Below are positions 24,054-36,687 of a stretch of 64,000 nucleotides of DNA, in pieces; position 1 is the stretch's first letter; every line of letters begins with the position of its first letter. Position numbers and translations under genes: made by a program. A model generated the notes under the pieces. That model had not been told where the DNA came from. It searched no databases and worked only from the letters and a program-made list of their open reading frames with translations. The DNA comes from Trichinella spiralis. Lineage: Eukaryota. The stretch spans positions 3,830,108 to 3,894,107 of the forward strand of contig NW_003526945.1 of the NCBI RefSeq assembly GCF_000181795.1, given 5' to 3'.

Positions 24054-24579
24054 CTGATTATTGATCGATACAACAAATAATGTATGTAGATAATGATTTT
24101 CAACTTTGTTTTTAGCGACATAAAGAACTGGTAAAACCAAGCGCCACTTAATTAATTAATTAATTTCATTACGTTTGCTGCATTTTAACAGGCAAGTAGT
24201 AGGGTTCAGCTGAACACACTTTCAGTTGCGCTATTTTACACGTTTTTGTTTTAATTTGCCTTTTTTATTCGTTTTATTTTACAGTTTTGTTATTTGTGCA
24301 CGCTGTGAAATTCATTTTTAATGAATTGGTTTTAAAGATTTTTTATCTTCAAAGTTTGTTGTTATGTGTAATAAAAAATTAAGCATTATTATATTTTCAG
24401 CAAATTTTCTTTTTAAATTTTTTATTCACGACACACTAATATAGCCAGCAGCGTGTGTGTGTGTGGATACGAACGGCAGCGAATGTTAATATAATGATGT
24501 GTACAACAGAATGGAAGGAAGTGAACAATAAATGAGGCGGAGATGAATCCAACGGCAACAGATTGGTTGGTTTGTTTGT

Positions 24580-27111
24580 TCATTGAGTCAAAGTAGTGGT
24601 GGTGGCACTGTAGTCGGGCAAGAATTGAGCAGAGACGACACCGCAGAGAAAGTCCAACGACCACGGTTCAGCAGTTTCCACCGTCTCCGATTCAGGATAA
24701 AGGTATTTGGTAAGCAGGCTCACGTCTGCAGAAGAAACAAAAAGAAATGCATGCCATTTCATCAAATAAATAATAATAAATTATAATTCATTATTCACAC
24801 ACACACATCAATGTTGTGGAGACTTGCTTACCAATATCGTCACCCAGTCTAGCGAATGGAGCCGAATCAGCCGCCGCCAAATTTGCCGCATCCAAGTGAA
24901 CAACACGATTCTCTGCTTGTTCCACTGGATCCATCTGCGACGGTAGATCAATCTGCTGCTGCTGCTGCTGCTGCTGCTTGTTGTCGTTGTCAAGTTTGAC
25001 AAGCCTCGGCGCCTGCTGACTTGCTGCGGTGGATGTTGACGAGTTGAACTTGAAAATACACACGTGATGATATGATGATGTAAATGGAAAAAAGAAAACA
25101 TAGAAACAACAACCAAAAAAAAATACACACTACTCCAGCTACATATACCACAAATAAATACAGTTAGTTTCCCCACATTATACACTTACTGCTGCTGCTG
25201 CTGCTGCATCGTGCTCGTCGACAGTGTCGAAGGCGACGGCACCACCATCTTCGGCTGTCGTCAGTAAATCATTCTGATGAGCATGAGAACCTGGAAAAGA
25301 GAGGCGATCTTCTGCAACACGTCCATCCAGATGACCCGTGGAATCGTGACGACGAGCTCGCAAATTAGGCGTTGCCGTTAATGAACAAGACGGTCTTTCG
25401 GAATCTGAAACACACATACACATACATACACACACACATAGTTGGACGACAATCGAACGACGACTACATATGATGATGATGGATATATGACCGAAAAAAT
25501 TTTGACAAACAAATAAGGAAACACAATTATTTATTCAACAACAGTCGGCTGAAAGAAAAAACAGTGCAAAGTGGGAAAATAATTATGAAGATCACAATCA
25601 CGATCGATCGACGATAATGTTCAAACAAACAGCGCTGAAATGGAATTTCTGCAACGGAGGAATTTTATCCAGAACAAACAACCAAAAACAGCCATGCAAG
25701 CATATCAGCATGGAATCAGCAATCACTGAAGCACCGAACAAATGGCCGACAAGCGAATAATAATAATAATAATAATACTGCCTCTATTCTTATTCTTCTT
25801 CGAAAAATGACGAAATACAAAAGCCTCTCTTACAGTAGAAGAAAAACATTTACACAACTGTTCTGAAAAGTGTTTACCATCTATACATTGTACGACAATC
25901 GACACTGTTCGTAATGAGTATAAGAATTGTTTTCAACGAATAAAATTATACTCTTCTGAAAAATAACAACACCTACACAGCAGATCGCAAAATAAGATTA
26001 TTCACGTTTGTTGTTTCAATGTGACAAATGCTTTTCTTTTTTTTCTTTTCTAAATGCTGTTCTTAGCTAGCGTCGTCTCTGCTGTGGTACACAACACAAC
26101 GTGAATAGAATACATGAACTACTTTTTTGTCGGTCATTTCAGTTCCTTGTTCAGTGTTTTTTTACAGTAATTACAAGTAATTAATGAGATACAAATAGAA
26201 ATCTTATCAACCGATAATTGCGGCCTTATCGCATGCTAAATAATTGCACCAAACTGTGAGTGTTGTCGAAAAATCCACTCATCGAGATCATATTTTACAA
26301 CAGGCTTATTCAAAAACATACAACAACAACAACAACAAAATAACTTATTTATCCATTATGGCAAAATTAAAGCATCCTCAACAATCCAGATTAGCTGTCC
26401 AATTGAAATGAAATTGAAAAAGAAAGAAACTTAACGATTGACAAAAAAAAACATCAGAATCCGCTACATTTTATAATTTATATAAGTTCCACAAAATATA
26501 CGGCTGAACATACGGTGAAGAATTCCACAATACAGAAATTCATAAGGGGTGAAAAAAAAAGAGAGAGAGAGAGAAAGATTGTTCGTCAATTGTGAAACTG
26601 AAGGAAAAGCAGAAAAAAGCAATTTACCAACGTCCGTGGAATGGAGAGGAAGTTTCGAATGCTTTCTGGTATTGTTAGCGTTGCTTTCGTCGTTGTGTAC
26701 AGAAGAAGATTGTTGACAGCCAGCAGCTGACGACAACCTCCGTCTGGAGCGACTTGGCGGACGACGAACGAGACCAGTCAACAATGGCAATTTCATCCCA
26801 TGTATACCTTCTTTGATTGATAATTTCAACTGTCCCAGACGATTTTTGCGCGTCTCTATCGACGGTGTACGAGGGCGAATTTTGAAATTGGTCAAAATTT
26901 CTGAAACAAACAAAAAAATTCTATTAGCATAACTTAATAAAACTTTAGAAATAATATGAAAAATAATTAAAAACACCAACAAACAAGTAAATGCACGTTT
27001 GTTACCTGCGTGGGACGAATCATCCGATGCAACAACCAGCGACCTGGAAGAATGCGACCGTCTTAGAGCACTACCGGCAGGAAGTTTGTTACTTGAACTT
27101 CCATTCGACAT
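24580..27111 (-). CDS. IFT43: IFT43-like intraflagellar transport complex A subunit (~5 exons)
   Basis: Spliced C-terminus NRVVHLD..APFARLGDDI|DVSLLTKYLYPESETVETAEPWSLDFLCGVVSAQF resembles IFT43 [48 protein letters not shown]. The upstream low-complexity exons (~25189-25407, ~26628-26900, ~27006-27111) are assigned by splice sites and continuity, with less certainty. Confidence 0.65.
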
Positions 27112-28440
27112 GGTTTCACAGTGATACTCGACGGTTCAGCCCTAAAATGGAAAAAATATTTCAAAAACCATGATAAAAAAAGAACAGAGCGAGGTCGTAG
27201 GTTTGAATGAAACTTTCATTCACACGGAACAAGCGTTTTCGTCGATTGTCATAAACCAATCCCGACGTATTTGTTTCCTGTAAAAACACAAAATACTAAA
27301 AATCTGTCAAAACCAACAAATTTCCTTCGAAAATTTGAAAAATGAAATTCCCAAATCCGACTGCAGTGTTCGGCGTGTAAACAGAATTTGTTGTTCGTGT
27401 CGATCGATTCCTGCCACTCGCACAACAAACAAAAGGTGCACTGCACGAAATTGAACATCTTATTCGCGTTGAAAATCAAACTTATCATTTGAAACGAATG
27501 AAACAAACACACAATACAACGAAAAAACCGCAACTGTGCGTTTGTTTTTTTCGTTGCCAAGCACAAACGCGTTGTTTTTTTCACTTCTGTTGTCAATTTG
27601 TTCCAAACTGAAGTGGGAAAAAATCTTGCAGTTGGAAAAAATTTTTCCAACATTATAACGAAGAAATTTTCACTTCGAAATGTATTAACAATGGTGAGTT
27701 GATGGGAAAATTCAATTTCAATCTGCCGTCAACAATAATAGCAGAATAACCATTGTGAACGTAAACAAACTTTAATACACGCGCAGCGAGCACTCTATAA
27801 TTGCAATTTTTCAATTTTCCATCAAAAAATATTTTTCTAAATAAATTAATTCAATAAAATCGCACGGAAAAGCTCGTATTAAAGTGAAAAAAAAGAAATA
27901 AACAAAATCATATTAAAATTATACCTGCATTACTTTATGTATACGATAGTATTGAACAATGAAAGTAGGTCGTCTTTTTGAACGTCAGAAGGACAAAGAG
28001 CGTTTTTAAATGCGATTTTGTTAACAACCACGCATTTATAGTGGCTTGTAGCAGATAGAAAACCTTACACTGTTGACATCTTTACATTTAAAACAGTGTG
28101 AAAAACGACGTGCAAATATGAAGAAAATTTGCACTGGCAGTGGTAATGGAATGAAATTCTCGATTAAATTTTCATTGTTCTTAGCTGCGATGATCGGTGA
28201 ACATGTGCATTATTTCCCAATAGTGTATTTGAAAATTGATACAATTTGTCCAAGCGGTATTGGCGAATGAAAATTCTCGAAATCTAGTTTTGACAACGAT
28301 CAGCGAGTGTAATTTGAAAAGGATAAATTTTTCAAGAACATTTTGGCTGAAAAAACACCAAAATTGTAATTGCACTTTGAACTGAAAATTATTGACGCGC
28401 AGGTTGGCGCAAGAGTTTTGCACTGTAATTGACGACCTAG

Positions 28441-28516
28441 CCAATCAGCGTCGAGGATCGATTCACCGATCATTCTGGCCTATATAAACGCTGCACGGCG
28501 GCAAACGGCCATTTTA
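28441..28516 (+). promoter_or_regulatory. Pol II core promoter: CCAAT box, TATATAAA, GCCATTTT (Inr/YY1-like), upstream of MED26
   Basis: CCAAT at 28441, TATATAAA at 28481-28488, and GCCATTTT about 27-30 nt downstream of the TATA (28508-28515), i.e. canonical spacing. Confidence 0.55.
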
Positions 28517-28658
28517 CAAACATGCGTGCGCACCGTGCGCGTGTGGTGTAGAAGAGATGCTACCCGTGCTGCGGTTTTTCTTATTTTGACCGCTTGCGCG
28601 CCGCTTTTAAAATCCAATAAATCGCGCAGTGATTAAATTGGCAAACGACTAGCTAAAG

Positions 28659-28886
28659 ATACATACATATATATATATATATATACATATACACGTATAT
28701 ATATATACACGCATAGATACACACACACGCATGCATGTACACATACACACATACACATACCGATTTATATTTATATATATATATATATACACATACATAC
28801 GTATAATATATATATGTATGTATGCATGTATGTATATATATACGTATACATATACATATAGATATACATATATATACATATATATA
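28659..28886. repeat. Compound (TA)/(CA)/(TACA) alternating purine-pyrimidine microsatellite, ~230 bp
   Basis: Read directly; lies between the putative promoter and the MED26 ATG. Confidence 0.9.
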
Positions 28887-28925
28887 GAACTGTGTTTTTG
28901 AAACACGGAGATTCTGTTCAAGCAA

Positions 28926-31924
28926 ATGCAAGCGTTGCCGGTGGAGCGTTTAAAGGTTCGCCTGTTAAGCTGCTTGGACAGAGAGAAGAAGGTACATTGA
29001 AATTTGACCTGTCGTTATTTGTACTTTGAATTAACGTCGAACGGTCCATTGGATACGGTTGATCTTAGAGAGCAGCAAAATAATACTGTTGTTTTTTTTC
29101 TCATTTCAGGTGAACAATGTTGCCAAAGCCTGCGAAGCGATGGACGCTATTGAAAGCGTGGTAATGACGAAAGAATCGCTGGAAGTAAGTTGTCGATGAT
29201 GGTTCCACGTATTAAAAAACTGCTGAGGTTAAAATAATAATAATAATAATAATTAAATAAATAAAAATATGTTGGCTATGCATCTGCGTGTTGTATATAT
29301 ATTTTGTTCAACTTGACAAGCTTGGGTTTTTTTTCGAAGAGAGAAAATAAAATAAAACAATTAAAAAAAGAGTAAAAAATGTTTTTGCAACTCAACGTAC
29401 GCCGAGATGATGATGATGATAGTGCGAGATGTTTGAAAAAGAGATGGAAAAATTGCCAACACCAGCGGCGTGGAACAACGAGGATGGTGACGCTAGAGAA
29501 AGAAGAAGAAGAAAACAAAGAAAATGATTAATAAATAAATAAATAAATAAAGATAGAAAAAAGAAACGGAAAATTTGTTGTGCATGTGATGTGATCAATT
29601 GCTTACAGTTGGATGGACAGTGCTCGACATCGGAGAGACCATTGGACGGCGTGATGTTTGAATTATGAATTTTGATTTTATTATTTATATTTGTTTTTTT
29701 TGCTCTCTCTTTCCTCTCTTCTCTTCTTTTCTCTTCTCTTTTTCCCTTCTCTGCTTGCTCTGCAACTGCAACTCTTCTTCAAAAACTGAATTCAGCCGAC
29801 CAAGCTGCTGCTACTGCTGCTCTGCTGCTGCGGCTGCTGCTGCTCGTCGGCGCTTCTGCTGTTCGCCGTTGCTTTTGCTGCTTGCGCTGTTTGTCGGCGC
29901 TCGCAAACGCGCGCGCGCCTGCGCCTACGCCGCGGCCTCGTTCGCCGTTTGCGCCTGCGCTCATTTTTCTCTCTTCTTCTTCTTGTTGTTGTTGCTGTTA
30001 TTATTGTCGTTCGTTCGTTCGCTCGTTCGCTATTTATTCGCTAAATAGCAGAGCTGGCCGCCGGCGTTTCCATGGCAACGCGCGCCGTAGCGCTCGACCT
30101 ACTTAACGTTCATCGCGCGCATTCCATTCTCTCTCTTTCTCTCTACTATTTTTTCTCTTTTCTTTCCTTGTTTTTTGATCGATCCAACAACTCAAGCTCA
30201 ACTTCCCCCTTCTGATCTACAGTAATCCAACAACTATTACTAATTAGCTTTTAATCTATTTATTCAGTTGTTTAGTGGAATTTTTTTTTCTTCAGTTTAA
30301 AATTTATTGAAATTTTCTTGTCTCGTTGTTGTTAGTGTGTAAAATTTGGTTTTTTTTCCAGTCGTCACGACTCGGCTTGCTGATAAACGAAGTACGACGG
30401 AGCAATCAGCTTCTTCACCCGGATTTGGCGAAAAGGTGTCGATTGTTGATCAAAAAATGGCGAAAATTGATCTCAACCACCCCCACCCCCACCCCAACTA
30501 CTACCACGCAGCCGGCGATTACCGACAACGGCGTCGACACCGCTGGGGTCGCTCCAGTAGCCGCCGACGATCGCGCCATCCGTATCCGCATTAAGCTTGG
30601 AAGTTCGGTCAACGAGGCGACCATACTTGGCGGCCAGGAGAAGAAGCAGCAGCAGCAGCTCGACAATTGCGGCATCGAGCAGGCCGAAAATCGACGCAAA
30701 CGGAAACACGCCTCCCAAAACGCACCTAACAGCAGCAAGATGAACGGTATCAGCAAAACCCACCTCAGTGCCATCGGCGGAAACGGCGGCAGTTCTGGAG
30801 AAACATTCAGCCTCGCGTCGACCGTATCCAAACCGTGCAAACCACCACGGTCATCATCCTCCTGCTCTCGACCGGTGCCGTTGCCTTCGGCACCGGCTTC
30901 TCAGCCGCGGCATCCGCCACCACCCCAACCGCCGCTACCACCACCATCGGCTCCAACATCTCCGCCACCGCCCCCGCCGCCTCCTCCGCCACAGTCGTCT
31001 CCACCGCCGTTGCCACCTTCGCCACCACCACCAACACCTCCACCACCACCACCACCATCAACTTCGCCATCGTTAACTACCACGTCGTCGAGACCGCCGA
31101 AATTGAAAACTACGGCCCAATTGGTGGCAGATTTGACCAAATGTTACCCGGAAGAATTGCTGGTGAATATCAACACCAGTATCGGCGTCGATTCGACCAA
31201 CGCCCTCCAACAGGCCACCGCCAGCAACAGCGGCGATGATGCACCATCGCCGGCGTTGTTGTTCTCTGCTGTCGAACACCAGCAGCCGAGTGGAGGAGGA
31301 GAAGTGAACAAATTGGAATTGTTGGAAAAATATCTAGCCGAAGATGCTGATCAACAGCAACAAAACCAGGACCACGTTGTGGCGGGCTCGTCCAGCGGCG
31401 CTTGCACGTCCTCGTCCAGTGTCGATTCGGATACGTCGAGCCGCAGTTCGACACCGTCCAGGGGCAAAATTGTTCGCGCCAGCGACGACGACGACGATGA
31501 TGCACCACCACGTCCTGGTCCGGGTACGGTTTCCAGTCCAAGTGACGGCGGCGGGAAGCCCGGGTTGGTCGACGATGGTCGGCGTCCGATCCGCCGCCTA
31601 CCGCCGGTCGACCGCAGCATGTTGGACCGGCTCGACGAAATCCCCTCGCCCGCCAAGTCCCGGGTCTCTTCGTTGAAATACTTGGACGACTATTCGAACG
31701 AACCGCCCGAACGGACCAGAGCTCTGGCACCGTTTGAACAGTCGTTGCGGATGCTGCCCTCGGAGATGCGCCAGCTCCACTCCAGGGTGCTTGTCAAGAC
31801 CACGGACGGTCGTCAAGTGCTGGCGTTACCCTATGTGGACATTGGCCTGCCGGACTTTCTCGAATACGACAACTCGCCGGCCACGGCCGAACAGCTCATC
31901 TCCTGGGAAGCGATACGTTGGTGA
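28926..31924 (+). CDS. MED26: Mediator subunit 26 (exons 28926-28991, 29110-29184, 30362-31924)
   Basis: Spliced TFIIS-N-like domain MQALPVERLKVRLLSCLDREKK|VNNVAKACEAMDAIESVVMTKESLE|SSRLGLLINEVRR..DLAKRCRLLIKKWRKLI matches the MED26 N-terminus (RLLQAID..ITKEALEETRLGKLINDVRK..ELAKRAKKLLRSWQKLI). Also a KLKTTAQL motif, a proline-rich linker and C-terminal LALPYVD (cf. ILPYV). Confidence 0.9.
30066..30079. promoter_or_regulatory. RFX/DAF-19 X-box GTTTCCATGGCAAC
   Basis: Exact match to the 14-bp X-box consensus GTHNYY-AT-RRNAAC, in a CpG/GC-rich patch of MED26 intron 2. Confidence 0.65.
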
Positions 31925-33107
31925 AACTTTTTAAACAAAGCCACGAAAAACAACAAAAGCAGTTGTTTGTTTTTCTCAACAAATTTCCCTTTTTGAGCTT
32001 TTGTTAATCTCTTTTAATTCATTTATTTATTTATTTATTTATTTATTCGTGTATTTTGTTCCGTGTTTTATTATTATTTTTTTGCTTTGCTCCCAAGCAT
32101 CTAATATCTGTGCGTGTATGTGTGGTTTTTTTCTTTTTGTGTTTTTTAAAAGAATATATGAAAAATTTTATTTATACTTTATTTATTTCTTTTTTTCACT
32201 TTTTTTGATGTGCCTCTATTTCAGCTGCGCATTTTTTTATTTTGATGACAAGTCGAACGAATGAAATGCACGTACAATTGAGCAACACTACTGTATGACA
32301 ACGGTAACACTGGATAGAAAAATATGTTCATAATTGTTGCCCAAAAAATGTGATCAGTTTCTTTTTGTTGATGAAAATTATTTTTTTTATTGTCGCACGC
32401 CGGTCGTGTTTGGAGAGAAAATAATTTTTCTCTTCATTATATTTTGAATTTTTGAACCTGAAGAAGAAACGCGGGTTTTTTTGAATTCTCGTTGTTGCCT
32501 GAGCATCTTTAATTTTTTTTTTCCTCCTCGTGCGTTTGTTCACTTTATGAAAAAAAACCGAACCAGTCGGACTATTCATTCACATAACCAATCGTGATAA
32601 TTGATGATAAACACAAAAAAAAACAACGCTGGTCTTACATTTATTTATTTTCATCAGCACGTGGTTGTTGTCAGTTTTTGTCATTCAAATTTTCTAACAC
32701 GCGCATATTCACAATACCAAACTGAAAAACCTCACCACGGTGGTGTGGCTGGGCGAAATAAAAATTTGAATAAAAAGCAGAAGATACGATGTTTGAAAAA
32801 AAAGAACTTTGAATTATTTCACCGTACTGTAGTTTTTTTGTCTGTCTACTACTATTCTTTCTTGTTCGAGTGATAAATAAATTTTCCATTTGCTAGCTGA
32901 CATAGCGTTTCGTACAAAAGCAACACAGGCCAAAATAAATAGCACACATCAAATTAGAAAATTCAGAACGCAAAATCAGTTCTTATCCTATTTTTATCCA
33001 GTGCAATTGATGAAAAAGCTTGGAGAGATTCGGTTGTTGTTGTTGTTGTTTTCATCTTTCACAAATAGTATGTCGATAAATAATAATTGAACTTGCTTTT
33101 TTTTTCC

Positions 33108-36100
33108 TCAACAAACCTCTCCGACCAAATGAATTGCGTTCGGCATCGAAGAGCTGTTCGCTTTGCTCAGAATATTGTTCTGTTTGTTTGAAAAAGAAAA
33201 AAAAAATAAATAAATGTATTTTTCTGATTCATTTTGTTTTTACCGTATGATGATGGAGCATTTGAAGAACTGTAGGAAAAGATGGTCTTTCAAAACGGTC
33301 GAATGTCCAGCATTTGTGGCACAAATTTTGCAAAATTGTTTGCCCACGCAGAGCGTCCAAATTGGCCATTTTGCCAGAACAAACCGACCAAATCAACTCT
33401 TCGCTGGTCAAATCTTCGTACGGGAATGTGGACGTGAAAATTTCGTACACAAGCGTACTGTAGAAAAGGTAAACAAAAAATGTAATCGAATGAAGGCATT
33501 GGTTCTGTTGTGAAGTAATGTTTCGTTTTACCCGAAGGCGTAGACGTCGGATTGTTCAGTTTGAACGCTGTGCAGAACAACCGTCGGCGGCTGAACGTGC
33601 AAACCGCGCAACAACTCCGGACTCAAATATGTCAAATTGCCCCGGCGTGTGCAGCCCTTGTTACACCGGTCATATTTGGACGGGGCGACGCCGTAGTCGA
33701 GCATGCTAATTTTCACCTTACTTTCGAGCATGACATTTTTCGAAGACAACGTCTTCAACGTCACTCCTCTGGCGTGCAAATAGCTCATCCCCTGGAAAAG
33801 TTTTGTTCGCATATGAAAGCGGATATTTTACAAGCTCGGTGGTTGAAGCACAAACCTGCGCAATTTGACCGGCAATGTTCAACTTTTGCTGCTCAGAAAA
33901 TGGACGCACATTTTCCACATGCAGCGCTTGATAAAGCGAGATGCCTTTGTTCAAGCAGGTGACAATTGCCAGGTGAGGTGGTTCGATGCTCACGGCCATG
34001 AACAGGGCGATGTTCTCGTGGCGGATCTTGTTCAAAGCGTGCACGTCGTCCAAGAACGTTGCCAAATTGGAACCGTCTCGTTGCAACGGAAACACGTTTA
34101 TCATCACCGGTCCATGCCATTCACCTCTTCAAAGCATGTGGGATCAATTTGAAAATTGAAATTTAACAACAACAATAATAATAATACTTGAAAACCGTAA
34201 TAGATTGACTGTGTAAAATGCACTGTTCAAATTTCAAATCTTCAAACGGGATCGTCCACTCGTTCAAATCGGATGTGTGATTTGCCAAAGAACTGAAATT
34301 TAAATTGTTCAACAAACAAAAAAAACGCTTTCATTTTTTTCATTCAGTTTTTGTCATTTTTTACCTTCGCATTATTTTTTGACTACGATTGCGCAGAACA
34401 GCTTCAAATAAAAGAATTTCTTTCTTTTCATTTTCTAAAATAACAAAAAAATTTGCATATATATGTTATTTTGTATTATTAATTTTAACTAATTTTTTTT
34501 GAAAATAAGCAAAACAACAATAACTTAAACATCTTTCATATACTGTAATATTAAGTGTGTCAAGTTTAAAAAAATGAACATGTTCTATTGATAATGCGAA
34601 GTAGAAGAAGCTGAGAAGAAAATTAAAGCCAACAAAGAATAAAGAAAGAAAATTCAGGTAAGCTAGCTAGCATTTGTTCTCAAGTGGGAGAGAGATGGAT
34701 GTTTTGTGATTTGCAAGCCATCTGCGCATGTATTATTTACCGACCGCCGGTTGCCGCGGTCTTCACTGTTGCAGTAGGTGGCTTTACGTCCTGCTGTTGC
34801 GAGGGTAGACTCATTCTGGGCAGTGTTGACCCGCGTTCCACAAGTGATACAATTACAAGCTAACATGTGCGACAGAAGGCGGCGGCGATGCTCGACCTTG
34901 TTATTCAGCACTGTTAATCAACATTTCTTGGATAATCGTATATTTTCAAAAGGATCATTTGTCCAACTTGTAACATTCACATCTGGCGTTTTCAGTTTGC
35001 ACTGTCAGTTGTCAATTGGTCACAAATTTTCAACCAACAGTGATGTCGATGTTGTTCAAGCAAATACAACATGCACATTTTCCACTTTCAAGCGTCAAGT
35101 GTGGTTTTTGTAATCGATCTACCATATCTGGCCCATCGTTGTTACAGTACTACTTTTCGAATTAAGAGAGGCAGGGGCAGGGGAAAGAAGCACTGATAAT
35201 CGTTTCATCGCTTCTTTTAAGCTTATTCATTATTAATAAACTGCAAAAAAACACTTACCTTTGCTGTTGATGTGCAAATGGGACGACGGTGACCGAGCAG
35301 AAGAAAGCTTTGCGTCATTTTCGGCTTTGTGTCGACCATTTGATTGATGTTGATAGTTAGCCTGGATTAAATTGTTGTCGTGGAGTCGTTTCATCTTTTT
35401 CAATTGTTCAGTAAACAAAAGTTGATTGAAAACAGTTGGTTGGGATTTGTCGTCCCCTTCTTTGTTGAAATGCGGACCACTTGTCAAATTCTGGGTTGTG
35501 CAACTGCTCAGAGATGGTCGCTGAGATTGTGCAAAACCGAAGCCGTCACCGGATAAATTGTTGGCCGGCACTGTCGGACCCGGACGGGATTGATTCAGGG
35601 CGTTGCCGGAACACGAATCCAGGCTGCGTTCATTATCCGCCACTTGGAGCTTTTTTGATCGACATTTTTGCATATCTTCTGGCGAAAATAAATCATCTTT
35701 CTGCTTCCACTGTTTGCTGCTGTCGAACAGACGTGCAAAAAAGTCCGCGCCTGCATGTCAAATATTCAACAACTTGAACAATGCACAAACAACACACACA
35801 CACACACAGAGACAGACAAAATGCATTACTTTCCGGGGGTAGACGGGACAGTGAGCACATTTTCGATTTCAACCGGGGCTCTTTGTTTTCATCAATAACA
35901 ATAGCGCATCGTTTATGACACCGGAAATGACAATTTCTGCACGAAAAGCCGGCACCGATCACAAGCTTGTTGCAAGAATTGCACGTTTTCGGAAAACTGA
36001 AGAATTTCTTTATAAATCTGCAAAAAAATAATTTTAAAAACTAAATGATTAGCGGAATGAACCATTTGAATAACCTGCAATTGATGACAAACGGATAGCC

Positions 36101-36687
36101 GCTGTTGTATCCTGAAGTTGGAGTACTGGCCAATGATTCGTCACTAGAGTTCCACTTTTCACAACTCTCTGAATCTGGTGGTTCATCTGTATCAAATATT
36201 ACATTTATTTGTTAATAATTTGCAATTATCTCTTCAAATTCAAAATGAATAATATTTTCACTTGTGCGGACAATGGCATGTGAAATGACTGAAACTTTTA
36301 AAACAAACAAAACTAATAATATTATTAATAAATAGAATAATTATACCAATATTAAAATACTTTTTTTTCCAATTAACGTACTCTTTTTATTATTTCAATA
36401 GTAAAAGGGCAATTTAACATTTAATAATAATTGGTAGTTTTTCTTTGCTTAAGATAAATTTTTTCAACTCAATGTTGTATTGCTTTATGTAAATGTAAAA
36501 ATAAGTTCCATGTATAGTTGAATGGTTTGTATATAGTGTTGTTGTTGTTGTTTTTGTTTTTGTGTTTGTTCAATTTTTTTAATTTTAAAGATATATTTAA
36601 ATATTATTAAATTTAAATAGTTGTATACTTACAATTGACCACGGCGACCACACCTCGTTTTGGATTACTGCACAAAAGAATCACCAT
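33108..36687 (-). CDS. Kinase suppressor of Ras (KSR/RAF-family) pseudokinase with C1-like domain, KSR3-like; ~11 exons, start codon tentative
   Basis: C1-like exon RFIKKFFSFPKTCNSCNKLVIGAGFSCRNCHFRCHKRCA. Kinase exons EWTIPFEDLKF..GEWHGPVMIN..LNKIRHENIALFMAVSIEPPHLAIVT..IAQ|GMSYLHARG..YLSPELLR..QSDVYAFG..CWTFDRFERPSF are typical of the KSR family. Confidence 0.85.

Noticed and set aside
23710..24057. Ser/Asn-rich ORF
   Set aside because: Alternative frame of the CAG/CAA repeat.
28500..28640. Possible snRNA or spliced-leader RNA (Sm-like ATTTTG)
   Set aside because: No recognisable SL or U-RNA sequence and no leader donor; needs a covariance-model search.
28649..28931. Tyr/Ile/Val-rich ORFs
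   Set aside because: Translations of the TA/CA microsatellite.
30346..31934. Multiple overlapping ORFs within MED26 exon 3
   Set aside because: GC-rich low-complexity shadows of the poly-Pro coding exon.
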